Shown: positions 7,483-14,973 of the stretch, in pieces
How the letters are laid out: each line of letters opens with the position of its first letter
Position numbering within the stretch: the stretch's first letter is position 1
From: Schaalia odontolytica
GTDB lineage: Bacteria > Actinomycetota > Actinomycetes > Actinomycetales > Actinomycetaceae
Direction: 5' to 3'
DNA: 32,000 bases
Assembly (NCBI RefSeq): GCF_005696695.1
Contig: NZ_CP040006.1
Coordinates: 1,710,001-1,742,000, forward strand
Position numbers and translations under genes: made by a program
The notes under the pieces: generated by a model
What the model saw: the letters and a program-made list of their open reading frames with translations, nothing else
Database searches by the model: none
Told to the model about the DNA's origin: nothing

Positions 7483-8921
7483 TGGCGCGGACGAATCTTT
7501 GCCCTAATCCCTCGTTTGCGTATGGGACGAATGGCTGGGCGAAGTACGCGCCGTCGTCGCTCCGGATTGCGTCTGATCCCGCTGTATGGGGCGGGCACGA
7601 GCGGCAGTCACCAACTTACCTGGCTGTCGACGTGCCTGCCCAGCTGCAGGGCCAGGTCGCCACTCCTGGCGTGGTTCCTGTCTCGGCGGGGCAGGCGCTG
7701 GCTGTGTCTGCGCTGGTTCGCACGAGTCCTGGTATCGGTCTCGCCGTCCGTGTCGAGTGGACGGTCGCAGGTCGCAGTCAGGTCGCGTCTGCGCCGCTGC
7801 TGCTGACGTCGAGTGCGGAGGGCGAGCGCCCGACCTGGGTCCACGTGGCCCCGGCGGGCGCCACTCAGGCGCGCGTGCGCTTCGAGGTCTACACCTCGGG
7901 AGCGCGCGAGAACAAGCCCGGGTGGGTCCACCTGGACGATGTCATGATCGTCGCTTCGGCGACCGTCGAGGAGGCTGTCGCTGACGCGGCGACCTTCTTC
8001 GACGGCGACACGCCGCAGCAACGGATCGGATACTCGCAGCGCGCGATCGCTCACCAGTGGACGGGCACGAAGGGTCTGTCGTCCTCGCGTGAGGTTGAAG
8101 GCGCGCTCGATATGACGCGCACGCCGGTCGCGGTCGTCGAGGACGGCCAGGCCCCGCGCGTGCAGCTGGTGATCCCGGCGGCGCTCGCGCCTGCGGGCAC
8201 GGCCTGCTACGTCGAGGGCATCGCTGCAACGGGTTTCAAGTGGATCCCGCGCGCGGGCGTGTGGACGGGTACGGGTGAGCAGCGTGTGATCGGCGATTCG
8301 CTCGCGCCGATCAACACAGAATTCAGGTACAAGTTGACGACGTCGAGCGGCGTCGAGGTGGAGTCCTCGCCGGTCGTGCGCCGCTGGCAGGGCCTCTCGC
8401 TCATGACGGACACTGCGGGCAAGATGCCCGTGAACCTGCTTTGGCAGGGAACAGATCAGCGTGAGATGAAGCTGCGGCTGACCGAGCATGAGGTACCAGG
8501 CAGGCGGACTCCGGTCATGGTGTACGCGCCGACGATGGGCGCAGGTACTGTCTCGCTGACGGCTCGCACGAATCTCAAGGACACGCCCGCGCTCAAGCTC
8601 TTGCTGGGAACGCCGACCCCCGTCGCTCTCTTCCACAATCCCGAGCACTGCGTGCAGTGCAGGGCAGGTGTCTGTGACGTTGACCTGGTGACGCTTATGT
8701 CGCCGACGGCGGTATCGATGGAGCGCGCAGCTCGGATCGATATTGCGGAGCGCACGTGGACGATTAAAGGAACGATCACGTCGCTGCCGCAGGCATCGAC
8801 GCTCCTCGCTCTCTCGACGTGGACGGACTTTGACGGTCGCGCCCTTACCTGGCAGGCGCTCGATGCTCGGCGCCTCACGTGGGAGGGCTTTGACAGGACG
8901 ATCTGGCAGGAGGAGCGATGA
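7479..8921 (+). CDS. Minor tail protein in the distal-tail (Dit) position, with an N-terminal carbohydrate-binding-like module
   Basis: The gene lies immediately after the TMP (ATGA overlap). The N-terminus NLCPNPSFAYGTNGW...VHLDDVMIV resembles the CBM_4_9-type modules on actinophage minor tail proteins. FFDGDTP...HQWTGTKGLSSS is a common motif of the post-TMP tail protein. Confidence 0.65.
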   Translation: MMARTNLCPNPSFAYGTNGWAKYAPSSLRIASDPAVWGGHERQSPTYLAVDVPAQLQGQVATPGVVPVSAGQALAVSALVRTSPGIGLAVRVEWTVAGRSQVASAPLLLTSSAEGERPTWVHVAPAGATQARVRFEVYTSGARENKPGWVHLDDVMIVASATVEEAVADAATFFDGDTPQQRIGYSQRAIAHQWTGTKGLSSSREVEGALDMTRTPVAVVEDGQAPRVQLVIPAALAPAGTACYVEGIAATGFKWIPRAGVWTGTGEQRVIGDSLAPINTEFRYKLTTSSGVEVESSPVVRRWQGLSLMTDTAGKMPVNLLWQGTDQREMKLRLTEHEVPGRRTPVMVYAPTMGAGTVSLTARTNLKDTPALKLLLGTPTPVALFHNPEHCVQCRAGVCDVDLVTLMSPTAVSMERAARIDIAERTWTIKGTITSLPQASTLLALSTWTDFDGRALTWQALDARRLTWEGFDRTIWQEER

Positions 8922-10048
8922 GCTTGACCGGCCCGGACGCGCGCATCCCTGACGATCTGCTGTCGTCTGCGTACACGCTGCAGGCGACGGTCGAGTCGTG
9001 GCTCGGCGATGAGTATCTCGGTGAGGTGCCCGTCGAGGACGGCTCGGTCGCCTGGGACGCGACGCAGCAGGTTCAGGGCTCGCTCTCACTCACTGTCCCA
9101 CGCGTCGGCGCTGCGAGTGAGAGTGAGGACTGGCGGGACTGGGATCCGACGGACCCATCGCATCCGCTCGCCTGCTTTGGGCAGACGTTGCACGTGTCGC
9201 TGACGATCGCGTCGGTGATTCCCGGCGGCGGCTGGTGGGACGTCCAGCTCGGACGCTTCCTCATCACCGCTGTCGACCCCGGCCCATCGACAGTGAGGGT
9301 GACCGGAAAATCGCTGATGCACCGCCTCGAAGAGGACCGCCTCACGACGCCCCTGTCCCCCATGTGGAACGGGACGCTCGCGAGCGAGATCCGTCGCCTG
9401 GTCGGCGGGCACATGGGCGTCGTCATCGATACGGGCCTCGTGGACCGCTGGTGCCCGTCGATGACCTGGGGCGAGTCGAGGATCGATGCAATCTATGAGA
9501 TCGCGAAGGCCTGGCCGGCATCGATCCGTGAGGGTGGCGACGGCATCCTGTATGTAACACCGCCGGTCTCGCCGCCTGTCTCGCCACCGAAGCTGCGGCT
9601 CACGGACGACCTGGACGGAACCGTCGTCGGCGTCTCGTCTCAGGTCTCGCGCGACAAGGTCTATAACCGAGTAGTCGCGCGCGGCCAGGATGGGCACGAC
9701 GAGGGCGCGCCCGCGTTCCAGGCGGTCGCGGATCAGACGACAGGCCCGATGCGCACCGACGGCCCCTACGGCGTCGTCCCCCGCTTCTTCTCATCGCCGC
9801 TCATCACATCGCAGGAGCAAGCGCGCAAAACCGCTGAGGCGATGCTCGCCGAGTCGATCCGCCGAAAAGTGAAAGTCCCCGTGGAGCACGCGCCGGACCC
9901 GCGTGTCGGCCTCGATCAGCCTATCGAGATCGTGACGCAGCCTGTCCTCGCGGCGGAGCCGAAAACCCTCTGGGGCCTGGTCACAGCCTACGAAGTCCCG
10001 CTCACGTACAAGGGCACGCAGAAAACCGACGTGGAGGTGACCCTGTGA
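8918..10048 (+). CDS. Minor tail protein (tail-tip/Tal position)
   Basis: It is the second gene after the TMP and is coupled at both ends. The N-terminus ...SAYTLQATVESWLGDEYLGEVPVEDGSVAWDATQQVQGSLSLTVP has the pattern seen in actinophage tail-tip proteins. The call rests on position and this pattern only. Confidence 0.6.
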   Translation: MSLTGPDARIPDDLLSSAYTLQATVESWLGDEYLGEVPVEDGSVAWDATQQVQGSLSLTVPRVGAASESEDWRDWDPTDPSHPLACFGQTLHVSLTIASVIPGGGWWDVQLGRFLITAVDPGPSTVRVTGKSLMHRLEEDRLTTPLSPMWNGTLASEIRRLVGGHMGVVIDTGLVDRWCPSMTWGESRIDAIYEIAKAWPASIREGGDGILYVTPPVSPPVSPPKLRLTDDLDGTVVGVSSQVSRDKVYNRVVARGQDGHDEGAPAFQAVADQTTGPMRTDGPYGVVPRFFSSPLITSQEQARKTAEAMLAESIRRKVKVPVEHAPDPRVGLDQPIEIVTQPVLAAEPKTLWGLVTAYEVPLTYKGTQKTDVEVTL

Positions 10049-10827
10049 CCGCGCGAGTGATGGACTTGATCTCTTCCACGCCGGATGATCTGCCTCCCCG
10101 GTACGGGGCGGACAGGTCGACGACGGCGATCGCGCGGATTATCGACCTCGTCGAAGGAGGTCGCCAGCTCATCGTCTCCCTGTACGGCGGGGAGGGCGTG
10201 CAGATCCCCGCGACCGCCGTCAACTGGGTAGGCGTGAAAACCGCGCATGTTCTCCTCGACCCGGACACTGGACGCCCGGTACACGCGCTGGGGCCTGCCC
10301 CGTCCCCCGAGGGGCCGCTCCCGGCTGTCCCGAAAACGCCCGCCCCTAAGCCTGTGGCCCGGCACGCGGTCCTCACGCCGCAGTGGATGGGCACATGGAC
10401 AACCGGGGGGTGGTCGCGGTATGGCGACGGCGGCGCGTGGCAGGGCACCAACCCCGCAGGCCAGCGCCTCCGAGGCCTCATCACCTACGGTCGCCAGCTC
10501 GAAGCCCTCGGCACGATCACAATCACTCGAGCGCTGCTCACCATCCGGCCCGCGTCGCACGTCCCACCGTGGGCACTCGTGATTCAGCCAGCCGCCTACT
10601 CGGAGTCTGGGCCGCAGCCGACCGGCGCGACGCAGACAATCAACGTCAACGCGCAGCAGGCGCAGGTCGACATTACGGCCCTGGCAAAGACCCTCAAAGC
10701 GGGAGCTGGCCTCGCGCTCGTCGGCACTGCATACGGCGGCATCACCAAGGGCGGCGCAAGCGCAGCCCTACACCTCGACTACACCGAAACACTCCAAGTC
10801 AAACCCACAGGAAGGCGCGCACAATGA
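10045..10827 (+). CDS. Minor tail protein (hypothetical)
   Basis: It has a GTGA overlap with the upstream gene and a TGA/ATG overlap downstream. It lies within the tail-tip module. No motif recognised. Confidence 0.5.
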   Translation: MTARVMDLISSTPDDLPPRYGADRSTTAIARIIDLVEGGRQLIVSLYGGEGVQIPATAVNWVGVKTAHVLLDPDTGRPVHALGPAPSPEGPLPAVPKTPAPKPVARHAVLTPQWMGTWTTGGWSRYGDGGAWQGTNPAGQRLRGLITYGRQLEALGTITITRALLTIRPASHVPPWALVIQPAAYSESGPQPTGATQTINVNAQQAQVDITALAKTLKAGAGLALVGTAYGGITKGGASAALHLDYTETLQVKPTGRRAQ

Positions 10828-11423
10828 GCTACCAGGACCAGCGCGGACACAAGGTGCCCTCCCCCACCGACCCGGCCCGCCGCCAAGACCTCCTCGATCT
10901 CTCACTCTCGATCCCGTCCTACAAGGCGTGCGCGTCCGAGACCGCCGCCTCCCAGTACGTCGCCGCGCTCGCGGGCGTGGGCCTCACGGCCTCCCCGGCG
11001 CAGCCGGTATACGTGTGGCGAACCGACCTCAACGCTGTGCGCGTCTGGGACGGTCGGCGCTGGGCTGGAGAGTCGAACGTTCAGATGGAGCTGGGCGCCG
11101 TCGGAGATATGCCGGTCGGCTCAGGCCTGGGGACGGGAGTGCGGAACGGCCTCATTAAGGCTGGCCGCGTCGCGATATCCAGCGCGGAGGTCGCCTTCGG
11201 CAACCTCTACATGCCGCGCGTTACGTTCCAAACGCCCTTCCCGAACGACTGCGTCTCGGTCGTCATCACGCCGCTGTACGGCTCCGGCCCGGCGGGCTGG
11301 AACTTCAAGAACGCCAGACAGTTCTGCATCGACGTCATAGACAAGAGCGGCTTCCGCCCGATGCTCCCAGGAGTGACCTCTGAGGAGCGTCACTCCTATT
11401 CCTGGGTGGCCTTCGGCTACTGA
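10824..11423 (+). CDS. Candidate receptor-binding tail protein with H-type-lectin-like C-terminal domain
   Basis: ATG 10824 (MSYQDQRGH...) overlaps the upstream stop and is preferred over the track start at 10383. The C-terminus RVTFQTPFPNDCVSVVITPLYG...CIDVIDKSGFRPML...SYSWVAFGY follows the F..PF...P.V...GF...W.A.G pattern of H-type lectin domains. It is the last gene before the terminator. Confidence 0.5.
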   Translation: MSYQDQRGHKVPSPTDPARRQDLLDLSLSIPSYKACASETAASQYVAALAGVGLTASPAQPVYVWRTDLNAVRVWDGRRWAGESNVQMELGAVGDMPVGSGLGTGVRNGLIKAGRVAISSAEVAFGNLYMPRVTFQTPFPNDCVSVVITPLYGSGPAGWNFKNARQFCIDVIDKSGFRPMLPGVTSEERHSYSWVAFGY

Positions 11424-11442
11424 CAACCACCTGATCTTTAAC

Positions 11443-11471
11443 GCCCTCGGACAAGCCCGTCCGGGGGCTTT
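11443..11471 (+). terminator. Rho-independent-like terminator after the tail module
   Basis: GCCCTCGGAC (11443-11452) pairs with GTCCGGGGGC (11459-11468), with one G-U pair and loop AAGCCC. TTT follows the stem. Confidence 0.5.
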
Positions 11472-11495
11472 CCCATACCCAAAGAGGAGAAACAC

Positions 11496-11609
11496 ATGGA
11501 ACCGACCATTGAGCAGCTTATGGCGTCGATGACCCCCGCGACGGACACGCCGCCTGACGTCGTCGCCCCTATCGTCATCCCCTACGAGCAGACGGAGGGC
11601 ACGCGATGA
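11496..11609 (+). CDS. Small 37-aa protein preceding the endolysin (below the ORF-track size cut-off)
   Basis: AAAGAGGAGA Shine-Dalgarno lies 5 nt upstream of ATG 11496. It encodes MEPTIEQLMASMTPATDTPPDVVAPIVIPYEQTEGTR. Its stop overlaps the endolysin ATG (ATGA at 11606-11609). Confidence 0.45.
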   Translation: MEPTIEQLMASMTPATDTPPDVVAPIVIPYEQTEGTR

Positions 11610-12442
11610 GCATGACCGCACAGAACGTCCTCGCCTGGGCAGCCGGCGAAATCGGCTACACCCGATGGGACGACCCCGAGGAAGGCTCGAAGTATGGCCG
11701 CTGGTACGCGCAGAAGCACGGCGCCTACTACGGCACATCCGGCGTGCCTTTCTGTGCGATGGGGGCCTCCTGGTGTGCGACCGACGAGGAGAAGCAGTCC
11801 GTCCTTCCCGGCGGCGACTTCGCTTACGTGCCGTATGGCATCAACGCCGCCGCCCGCGAGGGACGCCTCGTGTCCCCGATGACGCAGGCTGCGCCCGGCG
11901 ACCTGGTCTGCTTCGACTGGGACGACGACAGTATCGCCGACCATGTCGGAATCGTTGAGGCCAATTATGGCGGGTGGATCCAGACGATCGAATTCAACAC
12001 GTCGTCCGGCGCTGCTGGATCGCAGAGCAACGGCGGCGGCGTGTGGCGTAGGACCAGAGACTGGTCCTCGGTGTGCGCGGTCATTCGCCCGCACTACGGC
12101 GACGCGACCACCTCCTCGGGCTACACCGATGTCACGGCGCTCCAGGCGGCAGTCGGCGCGACCGCTGACAACGTGGTCGGCCCCGACACGACGAAGCGCA
12201 TTTATGCCGTCGTCGCCGCCTCCAGCTGGGGAGGCCGGCAGTTCCCGTTCGGAGTCGAGTACGTCCAGTCCGTGATCGGCACGGAGCCGGACGGTGTCTG
12301 GGGCGATGCCTCGGACGAGGCGCACGACCGCGTCGTCGGCAACCTCCAGCGCGCCGTCGGCGTGGACGACGACGAGATCTACGGCCCGGCCACCAACAAC
12401 GCGATTAACACCGCGCTCGCGGGCGCGGAGAAGGGAGAATGA
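11606..12442 (+). CDS. Endolysin: N-terminal CHAP amidase/peptidase plus C-terminal peptidoglycan-binding repeats
   Basis: The CHAP triad context is GVPFCAMGASWC (Cys), IADHVGIVE (His) and TIEFNTS (Asn). Three PG_binding_1-like repeats follow: LQAAVGATADNVVGPDTTKRI, VQSVIGTEPDGVWGDASDEA and LQRAVGVDDDEIYGPATNNAI. Confidence 0.85.
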   Translation: MSMTAQNVLAWAAGEIGYTRWDDPEEGSKYGRWYAQKHGAYYGTSGVPFCAMGASWCATDEEKQSVLPGGDFAYVPYGINAAAREGRLVSPMTQAAPGDLVCFDWDDDSIADHVGIVEANYGGWIQTIEFNTSSGAAGSQSNGGGVWRRTRDWSSVCAVIRPHYGDATTSSGYTDVTALQAAVGATADNVVGPDTTKRIYAVVAASSWGGRQFPFGVEYVQSVIGTEPDGVWGDASDEAHDRVVGNLQRAVGVDDDEIYGPATNNAINTALAGAEKGE

Positions 12443-12852
12443 CGATGAATGATCTTCTGCTCGGTCTCCACACTGACCCATTCCTGACGACGGTCGTCGT
12501 CGGTCTGGTCTGGCCGATGGTACAGGCCGCGCTCGACCGTCCGTACTGGACTCCCGCGCGCCGTAAGGCGCTGCTCGCCGTCGTCGCGGTCATCGTCTCT
12601 CTCGCTGTCTGGGTGTCCGGTACCTATCCGGCGACCTGGCGGCTGCTCATCGCCCAGGCTGGCGTTTTCCTGGGCATCGCCTGGAGTGTGTTCCAGGTGC
12701 TCTCCGCGATCCGTATTAACGGCGTGACACTGATTGACTGGGTAGGCGCGCTGACTCCCGGCGGCGAGTCCATCGAGGAAGTTCGCGCTACCGCTGATGC
12801 TGTCCCTTCGACCCGGGTAGTTGACGGGGCCTCGCAGGCCAGCCGTGACTGA
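12439..12852 (+). CDS. Holin candidate (three predicted TM helices)
   Basis: It lies directly after the endolysin (ATGA overlap). Hydrophobic segments are FLTTVVVGLVWPMVQAAL, ALLAVVAVIVSLAVWVSG and LLIAQAGVFLGIAWSVFQVLSAI, followed by a hydrophilic tail. Confidence 0.65.
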   Translation: MTMNDLLLGLHTDPFLTTVVVGLVWPMVQAALDRPYWTPARRKALLAVVAVIVSLAVWVSGTYPATWRLLIAQAGVFLGIAWSVFQVLSAIRINGVTLIDWVGALTPGGESIEEVRATADAVPSTRVVDGASQASRD

Positions 12853-13384
12853 ACTGCTCGCAGACCCCAAAGTAACGGATGCTCTGGCCGCGCTCGTCGT
12901 CGCGATCCTCGTCGCGATGACGGGCATCGTCGCCCTGGCCGCAAGCCAGGTGCGCCGATGGATGGACGCGAAATTCGCGCACGTCCTCGTGGGCGTCGAG
13001 GAAGCCAGAGCAGCCGCCCGCTCGGCGGACGCGCAGGTCTCCAACGATCACGACACCAACATCAGGGATGACTTGGACCGCGCGATCGAGACAGTGCGCG
13101 CTGTGTCGGATCAGATCGGTGAGTTGACAGGTCACGTCGGCACGCTCGCCGATCAGCTGGGCCGCGTCGAGACGACGCTCAGCAATCACGGCAAGAGCCT
13201 CGAAGCCGTCGAATCTCGCGTCGGAAGGATCGACGAACGAGGCGGTCGAATGGCCGAAGAGATCCACGACGAGCGCGTCGCTAGAGAGGCCGCTCAGCGG
13301 ACAATCGACGAGCACTCGCACGACGCGCACGCGCGCCTGCACGAGCGACTCGACAAACTCGAAGAGAGGATGAACGAACAGTGA
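12845..13384 (+). CDS. Membrane-anchored coiled-coil protein (possible lysis accessory)
   Basis: GTG 12845 overlaps the holin stop; ATG 12821 is an alternative start. One N-terminal TM helix (ALAALVVAILVAMTGIVALAA) is followed by approx. 130 aa of heptad-like charged sequence (IGELTGHVGTLADQLGRVETTLSNHGKSLEAVESRVGRIDE...). Confidence 0.5.
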   Translation: MTELLADPKVTDALAALVVAILVAMTGIVALAASQVRRWMDAKFAHVLVGVEEARAAARSADAQVSNDHDTNIRDDLDRAIETVRAVSDQIGELTGHVGTLADQLGRVETTLSNHGKSLEAVESRVGRIDERGGRMAEEIHDERVAREAAQRTIDEHSHDAHARLHERLDKLEERMNEQ

Positions 13385-13788
13385 CCACGACTATTTCGGG
13401 CACTGTCGGCAGGCTTGACGGCGCTCCCGAGCCGCAGGCCTACATCGTCGCTACGCTCGCGGGGACAGGTGAGAATCTCGCTGTCCTCGCGGGCGGGCCG
13501 GTGGCCCGGCAGGCCGACGTGCGAGGGCAGATAGTCCTCCCGCTTGACATCCACACGGAGACGCAGGTGCATCTGCGTCTCGCAATCCCCGGTCGCACCC
13601 TCCGCGAAGCGACCGTGTCCCTGCGCCCGGGCGTGGCTTACGACCTGGCGCAGATCTTCTCCGGCGCCGCGTCGCCGACCCCGTCTCCCGCGCCTGTCCC
13701 TGGTATGGGCGGCGTCGAGATCTCCGGCGACGGAGACACCCTCACCCTGGACGGAACGCTCTACGGCGATATATACGACACACTCTAG
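13381..13788 (+). CDS. Hypothetical beta-rich protein (135 aa), first gene of the post-lysis accessory module
   Basis: It has a GTGA overlap with the upstream gene. ISGTVGRLDGAPEPQAYIVATL... loosely resembles carboxypeptidase-regulatory-like / fibre N-terminal folds. No firm motif recognised. Confidence 0.45.
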   Translation: MTTTISGTVGRLDGAPEPQAYIVATLAGTGENLAVLAGGPVARQADVRGQIVLPLDIHTETQVHLRLAIPGRTLREATVSLRPGVAYDLAQIFSGAASPTPSPAPVPGMGGVEISGDGDTLTLDGTLYGDIYDTL

Positions 13789-13803
13789 ATCGGAGCCTGA
13801 CCT

Positions 13804-14973
13804 ATGGCAGCACGACCGACGCTCTACACGAAGCAGGGCACCGATAAGGCGATCGCGCGAGCAGTCGCACCGCTCGCAACAAAGTCGGAGCTCTCCGGCT
13901 ATGCGACGAAGTCAGAGGTAGCGACAGCCGCCGCAGGCGGCAGAGTCGATCTTACCGACTACGCGAAGAAGGCCGAACTGCGGGGCCTCGCGACCCGCGA
14001 GGAACTGTCCGGATACGCGACCACTCGCCAGGTCGCCGACCTCGCCACCCGCGCAGACCTCACGGCCTACGCGACGAAGGACGAGGTCGCCGGAATCGCC
14101 AAGCGCTCCGACCTGACCGGCCTCGCGACAAAGTCGGAGCTATCCGGCTACGCGACGAAGGGCGATGTCGCGGGCGTCGCACACGCCTCGGACCTGACCG
14201 GCCTTGCCACCAAGGCCGAGCTGCAGGCCGCGCTCACAGGCGTCGGCATCACTGTCGTCGCCACCGAGGCCGAAGCTCAGCGCCTGCCCGACGGCGCGCT
14301 GTACTTCCTTGCCGCCGCAGCGTCGCCCGCGCAGCCGCCGACCCCGACCCCAGGCCCCGCGCCCGCCGCCGGCCCCACCGTCGTCGGCCACGCCTCGGGC
14401 TCCGTTGTCGGACAGACAATCACCGTCAAACTCGACGGCAAGGCAGGCGACAAGATCATCCTGGGCATCAACGAGAAGGCTCAAGGCGTTCGCGCGACCG
14501 TGAGCCTCCCGCAGGGCTGGACGACCCTCGTCGATCCGTACTGGGTCGGCACGATGAGCGCGACCATCATCACCGGCCCCTGGGCACCAACGATCACGAT
14601 CACGATGTCTCAAAACGCCGAGATCGGATGGGCAGCAGCAGCAGTACGCGGGGCCTCCCGCATCGAAGCCGGCACCGTCAAGAAACGCCAGGCCGAACCT
14701 ATCGAAACAAAGACCTGCACCGCGCCCGCGCTCGCGGGCACGGGTCTCGCGCTCGGCTTCACTTTCGAGCGCACGAGTGCGGGCGAAACTTCGGACCAGG
14801 TCACGGTCTCGGAGGGCTGGGAAAAGCTGGCATTCGCAGCTCAGGACGGTCTGAATTATCAGACTGTGACGCTTGCGAAGCGAACCGCAGCCGCTCCCGC
14901 CGACCTCATTGTCACATACCCAAACGTGCAGGGGTCGAACGGCATCGGCGTGCAGGTGGTCGCCCGTGGATGA
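13804..14973 (+). CDS. Repeat-rich fibre-like protein (389 aa)
   Basis: A GGAG Shine-Dalgarno precedes the start. About 12 copies of a ~9-10-aa unit x-G/D-x-A-T-K-x-E/D-L/V occur (LATKSELSGYATKSEVA, DLTDYAKKAELRGLATREELSGYATTRQVADLATRADLTAYATKDEVAGIAKRSDLTGLATKSELSGYATKGDVAGVAHASDLTGLATKAEL). A Pro-rich linker (PAQPPTPTPGPAPAAGP) and an approx. 190-aa beta-rich C-terminal domain follow. Confidence 0.6.
   Translation: MAARPTLYTKQGTDKAIARAVAPLATKSELSGYATKSEVATAAAGGRVDLTDYAKKAELRGLATREELSGYATTRQVADLATRADLTAYATKDEVAGIAKRSDLTGLATKSELSGYATKGDVAGVAHASDLTGLATKAELQAALTGVGITVVATEAEAQRLPDGALYFLAAAASPAQPPTPTPGPAPAAGPTVVGHASGSVVGQTITVKLDGKAGDKIILGINEKAQGVRATVSLPQGWTTLVDPYWVGTMSATIITGPWAPTITITMSQNAEIGWAAAAVRGASRIEAGTVKKRQAEPIETKTCTAPALAGTGLALGFTFERTSAGETSDQVTVSEGWEKLAFAAQDGLNYQTVTLAKRTAAAPADLIVTYPNVQGSNGIGVQVVARG
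13874..14160 (+). repeat. Internal direct repeats of the fibre-like gene; outermost copies are 39 bp with 3 mismatches
   Basis: CTCGCAACAAAGTCGGAGCTCTCCGGCTATGCGACGAAG (13874-13912) matches CTCGCGACAAAGTCGGAGCTATCCGGCTACGCGACGAAG (14122-14160). Degenerate copies lie between them. Confidence 0.85.

Noticed and set aside
7608-9089. 493-aa ORF on the - strand
   Set aside because: It is antisense to two well-supported, translationally coupled tail genes. The product is Arg/Pro/Asp-rich low-complexity sequence typical of off-frame reading in GC-rich DNA. It has no Shine-Dalgarno or motif.
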